NCBI GenBank assembly: GCA_002269645.1
Contig: NIVC01000087.1
Span: 372,001 to 436,000, forward strand
Source of the DNA: Macrostomum lignano
Taxonomy: Eukaryota
Reading direction: 5' to 3'
Length of the DNA: 64,000 nt
The notes beneath the pieces were generated by a model. It made no database searches and was not told where the DNA came from. It saw only the letters and a list, made by a program, of their open reading frames with translations. Position 1 is the first letter of the stretch. Every line of letters starts with the position of its first letter. The position numbers and the translations under genes are program-made. Below are positions 37,515-50,519 of the stretch, in pieces.

Positions 37515-39306
37515 CTAGTTCTTTTCCTTCGCCGAAGACTTGTCGTCGGCGTCGGCAGCGGGCTCGGCAGCTGAGCCAGTCGCAGGCTGCTGCTGCTGCT
37601 CGGCAGGATAATAAGCAGCCATGCGGACGTGCCAGGCAACGGAGGTGACGGCGCTGACAGTGCGGAATTGGTGCACAACGCCGCGCGGTATGTAATAGAT
37701 ATCGTTGTCGCGAAGGTGCTGCCGGCTATAGCGGAATCCTTCGCGTCTTAGTAAATTCAATTCGGCGTCGTCTAGCCAGAGCTGGGGCGAGCACTGAGTC
37801 ATTGGCGGCTCAAGTATGTCCAGCTGGAGCCGGATGATCAAGTCGGTGTAGTGGCGCGGATCGAACAGGATGGCGTCTTTGCACACCCGGCCGGGCTCGC
37901 CCAGGCCTGGCCGGCGGTTCTCCTCGGCGTGGACGCACTGCAGCATGCCGACGGCAGCGGTGGTGTGCCGGTCAAGACCGTCGTCGGCGTGATCGGCATG
38001 GGCGTGGGTCCGATCGGTGATCACCACCTGGCGTCGGCCGCGGGACCCGGTGCTGTACATCTGGGATAGGCTGTCTCTGCCGCTGCCGGAGCCGCGCTCT
38101 GAACCGCTGCACAGGGCCTGCAATGGAGGTGGATAATGTGAAAGCTGAACGTCTGGGAGTGTGGCTGCTCAGCCTGAGGATCTGGGAGGCTGGCTGCTCA
38201 GCCTGAGGATCTGGGAGGCTGGCTGCTCAGCCTGAGGATCTGGGAGGGTGGCGGACAAACTTAAGCGAATAGAAATGAATGACATTTGGCTGAGAAAAGA
38301 ATCACGCGATTAAGCATCAAAGATAATAAATCAATCTAACCTGCTCGCCGGGCCTTGTCCACAAGATCGGGCCGTCATTGGAGCTGCTAGGCTTGCTGCC
38401 AGCCAGATGGGACATTGGGCCCCAGGGCATGACGGGCGCCAGAAAGGGATTTGACTCAAGAGTAGCCAGCATGTCGTTCATTAGGCAGCCAGTCTCTTCA
38501 CCTTTCGCACCAACCATGCTAACGGATTCCATCGAGCCGCTGCGAAATGTGCCGTGCGCGTAGTTGGCCCGAATTCGTTCCAAATAATCTGCGGCGGTTA
38601 ACGATTCCACTTCGTTCTTTTTCTCTAGGTGACGCGATTTCACAGCGAGATTTGGCCGCTTCCGGCACAGTTCGGATAGCAGATCCGGCAGGTCGTGAGC
38701 GGCGCCGTGAACCACTCCGACGCAATAGTTGCTGTGCATGCGGCCGGGCTTGCCGCGCTCTTTAACTAGTAGATTTCTTAGAAATAGGGTGGCAAATTTG
38801 GCCAGCTGAGCCCGGTCTAATCTGGCCAATTCGCCGGCGTAGGCGTGCAAAGCCAGCCCGCCGCCATTGGAATGCTTCTCAATGTACATTAGATCGATTA
38901 GTTTGCGGCGCGGCTGAGCAGTGAGCTGCATCATGTGCTGGTCGGGGCTGTGCCCATTCTTGGTTGCGTCATCTGCAGCGGCGGATGGAATGGCTGATGG
39001 CGGAGCGGTTGCTGGGGCCGGCTGAGACTCCTCGGAGTCTGGATGATGTCGATTATGCTTCTTTTTCTTCTTTGCCAAAGATTCTTCTGGTTGCCGATTT
39101 GCATCTGGTTCTCGTTTCAGCTGCTTGCCGCTGGGGCTGGTTTCGGCCTGTGGCTTTGCTGGCGACTCTTGCTCCAGCTGCTGCTTAGAGTCTGGCTCCA
39201 GCTTCATCTCTGATGGGGCCGGCTGCTCTATGGCGATGTGCTTTTGGCCACTGTCACAGTTGCCATTTGTGTTTGCGTCTGCTGGCTGATTTTCTGTTGC
39301 TGCCAT
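37515..39306 (-). CDS. RSBN1: RSBN1/RSBN1L-family (KDM9-type, JmjC-like) lysine demethylase, 2 exons, ~522 aa
   Basis: Exons 39306-38341 and 38117-37515 (phase 0; CAG|GTTAGA ... ttgcag|GCC). Family motifs: NDGPILWTRPGEQ, DRTHAHADH, RHTTAAVGML, LQLDILEPPMTQC, WLDDAELNLLRREGFRYSR..L.DNDIYYIPRGVVHQFRTVSAVTSVAWHVR. Confidence 0.92.
38154..38249. repeat. 29-bp x3 tandem repeat inside the RSBN1 intron
   Basis: GGCTGCTCAGCCTGAGGATCTGGGAGGCT at 38163, 38192 and 38221. Confidence 0.9.
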
Positions 39307-41127
39307 TCAGGCGTGGCCATAAAATGTCATTTAATATCTGTTTCAGATTAATTCTAGCAGTACTTCCTAAGTTAAAGCACTTTCCTGTCAGTAATTTATG
39401 AAAAATTAATGACAGCAGGACATGCCTTATTTTAAAGCAGACATTGCTTATAATTTTTTATAATTTTAGTCGTGTCATTATGGCATTAACAATTTCAGAC
39501 TCAATTTTAGCAAAGACAATTTTTCACATTGTAAGCATGGTATATCTATGCTAAACCCTCTGTATTGTATCTAAGAAATAAACTGGTTTAAAGGCTTTTT
39601 TACTGTATTGGCATTACATAAGAAATAAAATATTAGATTGAAATAAGCTCAAATTTATGCATATGTATGATTCAAGCAGACAAGGCTTTGTTTTTTGCTA
39701 AGTACTAATATTGCTCATTGTATTGTTTACTCTACTATTCACTTCACTATTCACTCCACTGCTCACCTGCTATATTGTTTACTCTATTATTCACTCCATT
39801 TTTTATTCTATAGTTCACTCTATATTAATTTACACTTTACTCCACTATTCATTTGCTAACAAGTATCCTAAACCCCTAGACCAATAGTTTGAATTGCATA
39901 TTAGAGTATGCCAGGTTTAATGCCAGAAAAAATGACAAGACCTTGTTTATATGCTAGGTTTGTGTGCCAATACAACAAATTTATCATTTTACACAATGTA
40001 TCTGATGTGTTATATATATATATTAGGATATCCTTTGATATACATTGAAAAATGGTAAGACCTTTGTTGTATGCTGGGAAATCTCAATATACATGTCACC
40101 TTCCAAACTATGGCCTTAGACAACCTTATGACATGTAAGAGTCACTAAGTCAATGAGTGATTTTATAATATAAATATAAAATGCCAAATTTATATTACAT
40201 TAGTAATTGCTATGACTATATTGAAAAGAATGAAGCCCCCTTTTTGGAGATGGCAACATTCTCTTTATTGTTAAACTTTAAAGCAATGGTACAATGTGTG
40301 CTTAAATAGTAGACATGCCTAATAAGCTCCAATAGTATAGACATGGTTGCTATTTCTAAAAGTACTCCATAAATTTAAATAGGTTCTTACTTGTCTTTTA
40401 TCTATTGACATTATAGTCTTATTTGAGATTGTTTATATTATGGAATATTGTTATGGAATTGTATGTTATGGAATATGGAATATGTTAAGGCCTATAGAAA
40501 ATTGTTATAGAATATTATAGAATATAACTTTTCACTTTCAATATATGTAAAATAAGTTTCTTGAAGTCCAAGAATTCAAAGAATCGCCTTATTTTTTTGT
40601 TGTGATGACAGATGAATGAACGAATGCCGAATGCGTTCTTGGCTTGTGGATGCAATGCGCCTTAATTCATTTCATTTATATATTTGTATTTGTATCTGAA
40701 CAATCTATGTAGTCAAGGTAATTAGTATATATTCTAAATAATGTCTATATCTATTATTGAATCAAAACTGGATCGACTGGAACTCTGGAACGGCTATGCA
40801 ACCCTACGACTACAACTACTACGGCGCGCAGGAGAACTAACACCAAAACACAGCGCATTCGCGTTTGAAATACGATAGGAATTAGCATACAGTAAAACAA
40901 TAGTAGTAAAGTACGTACAGTAAGAATCGCGGAAATAGAAACTCACTACTGAATAAATACTAACTAAATAATATTCAAGAATGCCGGACACATCATAAAA
41001 AGTGCGGAGATTTAATTGATACATAAAAATACTTTACATATATTATAGTAGGCATCTATTAAATCCACTACATACCATAACATTTGTGTACTATCATCAT
41101 AACATGACATCATAGTCCTAAAAGTGA

Positions 41128-42080
41128 CCTAGAAAATTTGGCATTCCTTCAGTTTACGATCACCTTCTATTTTGCCACTTTTGGTTTATGATCACCTTCT
41201 ATTTTTGCCACTTTTAGTTTATAATAATCACCTTATATTTTGCTCAATTGTAGCATGAAAATGGTGTGTTCAAAACAAAAAAAACAAAAAAAATCTAGGC
41301 CTACACAAAGTTAAAAGTGTGGTTTGTTAGATGATGCTTAGGCCTATATATATCAGCTTTGGTATACAATCATTTGAATATGTAATGCAAAAGAAATGAT
41401 TGTGAACTGAAGCTGGGTTAAAATTAATATTGTATGTAATGCATATGCACTTAAGATAGGCTTGTAGGCCTAATATTATAATACCAGCTTTCATTTGCAA
41501 TCATTTTAGGCCTAGTGGAATGCATATGTGGAAGTGATTGTAAGCCAAAGGTGAGGGGGGATATGAAGGTAAGAAGGGATTTCAATGCCCTTGATCTGGA
41601 ATAAGCAGTGGTTTTCTGCATGTGACTATTTGTCATATTTGACATGCTTTTCTACAGCTAGCTTGGGTTCACAATCATTTCAATGGGCAATATCCTAATA
41701 TCAATTTGGGTAATCGTAAACCAAATGTGATATATATAGGCTGCCAGCTCAAACTTGACAGTTATAATTATTTGATAGGCTTTCCTATAGCCAGCTTCAG
41801 TTCACAATCATTTTAATGTTAATATTGTTAATGGGCAACATACATTTGGCGATTTGGGTGATCATAGGGGCCTAAACCAAAGGTGAAATATAAGCTACAA
41901 CAGTTTTTACCATATTTTGAAATAAACAAAGTCAGTTTGCCAACTTTTGATTTTGTTTGATTGGAAACCACCATCAGGTTTTATGTCTTACAACTGTTTT
42001 TAGTGGTGATAGTCACTGTTTGAGGCGATCGTCACTGTTTAAGGTGATCATTAACCAAAGGAATGCCAAAAATTCTTAGG
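41128..42080. mobile_element. Degenerate foldback/MITE-like element
   Basis: The left end CCTAGAAAATTTGGCATTCCTTCAGTTTACGATCACC pairs with the reverse complement of ~42043-42080. An internal inverted pair AATGATTGTGAACTGAAGCTGG (~41396) / CCAGCTTCAGTTCACAATCATT (~41791) is also present. Confidence 0.5.
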
Positions 42081-43869
42081 GCCTAATATATACATTGCCA
42101 ATATAATTGAGTTGAGATTGAGACACAACTATACAGCACTGTTTATATTTTGAAACAAGTTTGTATTAGCCTAATTTTTAAAAAATAGCATGCGCCAGCC
42201 AGCTGGCAGGGCACGCACGAGGCATATTATACTTTATGTCGATTAGTAATTGTTATTACAATTGTTTAATTATATTATTTATTATTTATTATCATCAACT
42301 ATGTAGCACCGGCAGACGAATAGCCCAGCAGGCGAATAGAACAACAGGCCTATCTCTAAATCTAAATGTCTAAAAACGGTTACCGATAGGCGATAGCTTC
42401 CCGCTTAAAAAATTGAAGCCGATTCCTGGTTAATTTCCAAGTTAAACTGTGAATATTCAAGGTTTATCTAGGAATGAGAGTTAAGATCGCTTCCAAGTTA
42501 AACTGACGTTTGAATTCATTGCACTTTAACAAAGTACGGATCAAAAAAGTTGAAAAAAATGACTGTTAAACTTAGCTAACTGTAAATAAATTTCAAATTT
42601 TAAAGTTTAAATATTAGGCTGAACTTCTGTACACACATAAATGAAACGCAGCATGAGAAGTAATAGATTTGAATGTTATCGCGCGCTGCTCAGATGTACA
42701 TTTTTATTTTACAAGCGTGCGCATTCACTTGTACATAAATGAACTATCGAATTATCGCGCGCAATCTTTAGGGACATAACTATCAGACCACAATCTATAA
42801 GATTTTACTACAGCCGCATCTGGGGCATGAGTTTAAGATTTTGACGCGGCTGAGACACGGCTAGCAACATGGAAGTGCGCTTTCTCAGTTTTTGCCTCAA
42901 TCTCGAAATTAGCTTTCTTTTGTTCATTTCTACTATTTAAAGGGTATTAATAACCAAAATAATTAAAGATCTAAGCGATAGGTGTGCAACTATACTACTA
43001 GTTACTGTTTAGTCCTTGGTTTGTGTGTCTTGCTACTTATAAATAATAGATATTTTTATATAATATATCTTTTAAATTCTGTCTTGAAACTTTCATAGTA
43101 AAAGACACATTGAACACGAATTATGTTTTACAGTTATACTAATATATATATTAGCAAAATATTAATTGCATTGTCCCCCCTAATAAAAAATAAAGTTAGA
43201 AATCTCCATAAAGAAGCATAACTTTTTGTTCTTCTATCCTCAATTTTAGCAGCTAAAACATGTAGTTTTTTAAATGTAAGAACTATCTCAGCTTTTAGGT
43301 AGCTTCATTTTAAAGAGATAATTTTTGTACATATTTGAAATAAACAAATAAAATGGTTCACAGTCTTATAGTCACTCAAAATCCTGCTTATCAATGAAAA
43401 TTCCTTTTAAGGCATTTAGAATTCAGTATTGAATCACATTATAAATCAATAAATAACTTTAAATCATTAAATCACAAAAATAACCTTTTTGCATGCACTT
43501 GCATTTTCACTTTGAGCTCCCATCATTTGATTTTTATCCTTAGTAGTATTTTGTCCTTGTTATTTTTCATGAAATATTTTTAAATTGTGATTAGTGACTT
43601 CTAGCTATATCATGTCAGATAAAAAGCAATGTATAAGCTGTTGGGCATGTAGAAGCCGTCAGAGCAAAATATTCTTGAATAATATAGGTATATTTGTCTG
43701 GAATAAGTAGAAAGTTTAAAAAGTACTAACTGTAAAGTTTTAAAACTGCCAAAGTTGGTAGAAGAAACACAAAAGTTAATAAAAATGTGCTTCACAAAAA
43801 TAGTGTAGTAGGCCTACCATCGAATAATATGACTAATTTTACTTTCACTGTCCTTGCAGTTTTTTCAGG

Positions 43870-45085
43870 TTGCACATGGAGCATCAATTAAACAAATGGT
43901 TTGTAGTTCGCTTTGCTCAGAATGCGATGCAAGCCATCAATGAACAGGACTTGTGCGTCATTACTGCAGCGAGCAAAGAAGAGGCTCCTCTATGTCTATG
44001 CTACGGGAGGAAAGTACATGTAGACGCAGCTGGACGCTCTTCGAGCAGTTTACAACCCGGGACTCTGATGGGCCCTGCTTTGCCTACCTTTGCGCTGATC
44101 AGGAACTGCCTCCTAATCATGGGAATAGAGACGGTGAGAATGATATGCTGGACAGCGCCTGGCACTTATTTGTTACAGTAGGCGGCTAGCTTGCAAAACT
44201 ATAGATTAGAAAATGTGGTATTAGCTGTACAGTATTTGTGTTATGTTTTGTTTTATGAATTTCCCTAACTTTTTAGGGGCGCCGACAATCGGCAACCGTG
44301 CGACTGGAGCAGAAAAACAAAAAGCTCGATAAGTTGATCGAATTGTGCAGCGCCCAGAGTCACGGTGGTAGGACGGTTGGACAGGCTACACAAGAAAACA
44401 CGCCTGAGGCTGAACCACAGGACAGGTTGATGGAGGAGCAAAATGGCATCGCGACTGGACAGGACGGCGATGAGGCGGCATGTACATGTAATCTGGTTGA
44501 GGAGCTCCCGGCCGTAACAATAAACAAACGGTGACTCGACATCGCCATTCAGGCTAATGCTGCTGCGCTCGATGCTACGGCAGCCACCAAGCCTGTTACT
44601 AAGGAGCTGCTATAGCTAATCGAACTAATAGGTATGGAGCCTTATCACTTTCTACGAAAAAGGCATTTTCCAGATTTTTTCAAACTTAATTAACAATGTC
44701 TGTCACTTCCTTGCAAATATAAAGAAATGATTGTCATAATTTGAAGTTTTAGGTTTTGCAATTGTATAATAATAAAAGCGCACTAAAGGTTCGCCATTTA
44801 TAAAAGTTAAACTTCAACGGCACATTTATATTTGCTGTTTATTATCATATTTCAGGTCGTGATGCTCTTACATGCGACTCCGGCTTCTATATGCAAGGAC
44901 TACTTAAGTAGAAGGACGGAAGACTCAGAATTGGTGAAAATTTCATTGGAGGCCGATTTTTCAATGTATCTCCTGTGTACGCTATTGATCGACAATCCTC
45001 TGGCAGTACTGAGGCCCAGCTTGAAATGGCGAAGACTCTAGCTGTCCGCGGCGATTAACTCGACGAGCTGCTCGCCCCCTAGAAG
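43870..45085 (+). pseudogene. Possible decayed three-exon gene of unknown family
   Basis: Three GC-richer blocks (~43870-44178, ~44277-44630, ~44856-45085) are preceded by pyrimidine-rich AG acceptors, with GT donor-like sites after the first two. The reading frames contain stops and frame switches, and no domain was recognised. Confidence 0.3.
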
Positions 45086-46529
45086 CTAAGTGTGTCAGCT
45101 AACTGCATTCATTTACAAAAAAACTTATAACATAAAATTTTTTGGATATAAATGCGATTCCCAAAACACACTGCTTTTTTATTTCTTATTTTCTTCAGTT
45201 TCTACTTATAGACATATTGTGAATACATTCACGCATTCGCTCTTTCCCACGCGCATCTCCAACTGATCACTGTTCATTTTTCTTGCGTTATGGTTAAAAT
45301 TAAATAAAGAAATAATCAAGATTGGAGACCGTGTAAAAATTAAGAAAAAATTCTAAGTTTTTGTCATTAAACAGACTCGTATCCGTGATAAGAGTTATAC
45401 TTTTGTTAAATTTAATAGTGTGAGAGCTAGCGTTGCTACGGCGGGCAAAAAACGGCTGAGATTTGGCGTCAGGGTTTCTAAATATGAAATTCCACATTTA
45501 CTACTACTGCAAAAAACTTTGCGCACTACTAACCGCAGTAGATAAGTTCGGACATAACTCCTAAATTTTCGCGACGCTCATTAAATTAAACAATTCTTCC
45601 GTCTTCCTACTTAAACTAGGAACGTCTTCCGACTTACCTGATTGGCTGGCTAACATGGAAGAATAGAGTGATTTTAAACTAGGAATATGGCTTCAATTTT
45701 CTATGCGGGATTATAACCTTCGTAAGAATATTAACTATTTAAATAATTATTTATTATATTTTTTAAGGAAGAGATAAACCGTTATTTTTAATTAATAAAA
45801 AAGTAAAAACTAAACTTATTTTTTAATAAAAGGTAAACTTTTCGTTTTTATTTATTTTTTGTGTTTTTAAATAGTTTTTTGCTATACTCATAAAAAATAA
45901 AGCATTATTAAATCATATGTTTCTAAGAAATGCCTAATTTGCTGGCCCGCCTGGCGGCCTGTCTGAAGTCTGAACAAAGTATGGGATTATGTTATATTTT
46001 TATGGTATTATAATATTCGGCTTCAATATGTTTTTATAGAGGAGGAAAGTCAGTATAATATGCGCAATCTCCTAAATGCACTGCTGCTATTAAAAATATA
46101 CAGTGATAGTGCTGTAGGCCTAGTCGTGTAACTCTACTGTCTCAGTGTCTCTACAATACAAATGAATTTTTAATTGCAGCTAACACACTAACAGGACTGT
46201 ATGAAATAAAGTAAAGCTAGAACTATCTTTTATACATATATTATTTTGTATAGATAAATATACTATATTTATATTTATATGTACTTGAACTTCTGTATAA
46301 ATTGAATGTACAATTGAATTATACTATAAAATGTATGACTTATTAGGCCCTATGGTCTAAAAAATGACAAATGAATTGTACTAGGTAGAATAGTCGTAAT
46401 GTACCATTAGGGCTAGAATTTCTAAATAAAATGCCCTGTTTACTCTTTACTAATAGAAAATAACAATTGTTATTTTCTTAAGGTAGTATAGTACTATAGT
46501 ATAATAGTATCAATATTGACTTTCAAATC

Positions 46530-47318
46530 TGGTACCAACTAATCTGCGGAAATGGATGCAGATATGGAATGGATTCACATACTAAAAATGTAGATACAGA
46601 TCACGGATGTGGATTACTATTTTGCAGAATCAATGTGGATATAAATAGCAGATGCAAAAAATCTCCAGATTTAGTTCTGTCAAAAAATTGATTTCTATTC
46701 TGCTTTATATCTAGTTCTATTTAATGTTTAGATAAATTTTTCTTATTCAAATTTGAATAATGATGGATAATTGTTGTCTCCATTTTCAAAAAACAAATCA
46801 CAAAAAAGAAATCATCAAGAGATTTATATGTACTTTACAGAATTGGCACAGGTACATTAAGACAATAAACTAGTCAATCTAGACTTGAACTATCTAGTTG
46901 AACTATTTAGAATATTGTGGTCTCTAGAAGTACACATGTTATATAATATACATTTTTCTATTAGGGCCTATATCTAGCAACAAAAATAACTTTAATTAAT
47001 CAATTTTTTATTTTCTACTATCAGTAGGCCTAGCATATCTTGGAGCAGCTTAATTTTTGAAAACAGAGAAAAAGATTTTCCCTCATCATTTCACAATAAA
47101 TTTAAATGAGAACAATTTATTTGAAAATAGGGCCTAAACAGAAATAGAAAAAGTAGAATATAAATCCATGTTATAACAGAACTAAATCTAGAGATTTTCT
47201 GTATCTGCTATTTATATCCGCATTGATTTTGCAAAATAGTAATCTGCATCCATATCTGCATTTTAGTATATGAATCTATTCTATATCCACATCCATTTCT
47301 ACAATTTAGTTTGTACCA
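46530..47318. mobile_element. MITE/foldback element with ~170-180-bp imperfect terminal inverted repeats
   Basis: 46530-46700 (TGGTACCAACTAATCTGCGGAAATGGATG...AGATTTAGTTCTGT) matches the reverse complement of ~47150-47318. The interior is AT-rich and non-coding. Confidence 0.75.
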
Positions 47319-50300
47319 TGAAGTTTTATTATATATAACTTATAAGTTATTTTCTATTTTTACTGAAAGTTAAATAGCACTGCAGTGGAAATATTAATTA
47401 AAAAAATTATAGGTATTTAACTCATACATGCCCAACTTCAAAATTCCATGTAGCTTTGCAATTTACATTTTTTACAAAAAATGCAATTTATCTATGAAAG
47501 AAATTCTAAAGTCAAAATTAATATAACTTTAGCTTAGGCAAATGAATGGTTGGAGAACAGGCTAACTATATGTCTATATTATTAAGGCAAAATGCATATT
47601 AGTTAATTACTTATTGTACTATTTTTATATTTTTGGGGTTAGCAGTTTTGCAACTCACTTGGCTAGACTAGGCCCTAGACTACCACACTTTGGATCATGT
47701 AGTATACTGAGGTGGGGTGGAGAAAAGAAAGATTATTTGGTGGTTAGGTGATTTTAACTTTGAATTACCACCTTTGTTATCTTGGCATTTGTAAAGCTAG
47801 AAAATTTGCAATTTTGTTGCAGAAGTTTTCTCCTTATGTACTCTGACTGCTGGGGTACTCAATTCCAGAGGGAGGGTAGTCGTAATCGTAGACAAGAGGT
47901 CATTTAGCAGGCATGGTCATTCAAATGGTAGACACCAAGGCTTGACACCATAAATTCAATGTACATTGATTTGCTCAGTAGCTTACTAACAGTAGAGTAG
48001 TGCTGCCACCACCATAATTCTTATATTATAGAACATAGAGATCTCAGAGCTATTTTGGAGTTGAGATAAATTAGTAGTTTTATACCCCATAGGCAAATGA
48101 CTCAAGATAAACTTCATATAAAAACTTCAGATCAGGGCTTCAATTAATAACTGAAGATAAATGTCAGTTATAGTTATTATTGGTTAATCATTTTTTATGA
48201 TGACAGATTAACAGAGTTATTATAAATTAATGAAGCTTAATATTGCTGAGCCACTACTAGAGATTAATATCTGGCATGCCAGGGTGCTGGATAATGAATT
48301 AAATGAGTATCAGGGGTCTCAGACTAGTAACTCATAGACAAAAAGAAGGAAGAAAGGCACAATGAGGAAGGAGCATAAAGAAAATTAGACACCATTTTAG
48401 AGTTAAAATAGTCATGCAAAAAGGGGTAACACTCCAGTTGGGACACACTTTGGTTCCAAAAATGAGACAAAGCCAGGAGCCACAAATGGTGCGCAAAATG
48501 AGCAAAAACAAACAAAACTTAATAACTAGGCAAAATAAAAATCCTACAAGAGGAGGCAACAAAGGGGCCACAATGGGGAAAAGAACAAGCCACAAAAGGG
48601 CGCAATGGGAGGGCCAACATAGGGAGCAAACCCGGGGGTGAGAGATGACAAAACATGTCATAAGGGCACCTCATAGTAGATAGAAGGGACCAAACCTAGG
48701 AGAAAATAAAAAAGCACAGTAGTAGCCCTAACTACTATTCATACATGCATAGGGTAGTCAACAAAAATAAAAATAAAACAAAATAAAATTTGCCTGGGCA
48801 AGCTCACTCCTCAAGGGTTCAAAAGTGTCTGGAGGCTTGTCCACCTTGGTGGGCTGGGTGTCCACACTGGTCTCTGGCCGCGGCATCTTCGTAGGGGTCC
48901 TTGAGTGCGCCAAGCTGCTGGCCACGTAGGCTTGCTGGAAGAGCTGCTCCAGAGCTAGCCCGCCGACAGCCACATGGTCAATGGCCAGGCCCAGTAGGCT
49001 ACACACCAGGCTGGTCTGTGGGCTGGTGGTCTTGCGGAGCCAGTTGCCAACAACCTCAGCCACTATGTTGAGAGCGCACTGGGTGGCTAAGGCACTATAG
49101 TGGTGAGCCAATAGTGAGGGGAGTGGGCTTGCTGGGCCCTTGGGCAACCTGGGACTCTTGGCTTAAGTCATTAGTCCAGGCCATCAGTGGCATTGGGGGT
49201 GTGACATGTTGGTCCGGCTCTAGCAAGTGCACTGACTCCGGCTTTGGCATAATTTGGGTGGCACTAACCATGTCAATGTATCCATCTACCCATGCAAACG
49301 GGCTGTTAGCCGGTGCCATTGGTCCGTTGATGTCAGACTCTAGGGCCTCAAGTGGCCCATTCATCAGATCTAACAGCATGGGCGCAAACGGCAATAGTGC
49401 AGCCAAGGGAAGCCATGGATCATGCTCCTGCTGACTGCTTCACTTGGAAAAAAGTCATCCATGCTGCGTGTTGCTCTCAGGGTGGTTACAAATCAACAGG
49501 GTGCAAAAAAGCATGCTTTGGAAAATTACAAAAAATTTGATGCAAGTTGCAACTGATTGAGCAAGAGGTTCACAAAATTACAGAGCCAAGCATGGGGCCT
49601 ATTTACTTAAATACAAAAATTAGTGAGCCAACTGCCAGTCAAATAGGACCAAATACAGAAAATGGTCACCCGCGTGCATATATTCTACTGAGGGCTTGCT
49701 TGGCAGGGGTGGGTGAGTGAAATCAAGGAGCAATAAAAATGATAACCATGTGGCAGGGGGTCTGGAGTCACCTAGCCCCGAGCTAAGGTTGCATTTGATT
49801 GAAAATGGGGGCATCCAAATGGCTTACATTAAATGGGTTAGCAAAGAAAAGGGGGCATTTCGCATAAACACAGGTTTAGATAATAATAATTTAGTAAGAG
49901 GGCAGTTTGGCAGGCTCCTCCTTACTAAAGTTACAATAGCAAAATAGATAATGGGTTAGTGGCCAAAATAAGAAATATTAAGCATAGAATTCTAGATATT
50001 AACCTGGAAGTGAAGGCTTTTTTAGGTATACACAACTGGGCCAAGATAGAATTGCTTAATTATATTGTTCTGAATGGCCAATTTGATTTTTAAAAAATTT
50101 CTTTCAATTGATTTTTGCATAAATTGTTCGCTTTATCAGATTTTGCAGTAATTAAAACCAAAAGTCAGTCCTATATGCATTGTAAATTAAAATATCAGTA
50201 TTCACTGAAAGCATTCAATTTGCTGAATTGAGAATTATATCCCGAAACAACAGAAAATGGCATGAAAAATTCATATTGGAAAACTCACGGTTACTTGATT

Positions 50301-50519
50301 GTTCATTAATTAAACTTGGCTACTTTTTGACCAGACCAGCTTCTGTTGATGCAGTCAGGCGACTGGTCAAATTTTTTACAGCAGTATTGAATATCTTCCA
50401 GAACAGTGGCTGCAAAATTTGGTGCTGGAACTCACAGTGTGTTTGGAAGCATAGATTTGGAAGGCACTCCAAGACAACTGAACTTATTGCTTCAAATAGA
50501 GCAACATGTCGATGCTAAG

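Noticed and set aside
40766-40840. Mini-ORF ...MQPYDYNYYGAQEN*
   Set aside because: Too short, with no acceptor or partner exons; it cannot be distinguished from chance.
48758-49434. Overlapping short ORFs with coding-like composition
   Set aside because: No recognisable domain or consistent splice pattern; probably decayed repeat sequence.
49717-49947. YIKWVSKEKGAFRI resembling an ETS/IRF winged-helix fragment
   Set aside because: The similarity covers only ~14 aa, the flanking LW.FL and LWG..KN motifs are absent, and there is no credible exon structure.
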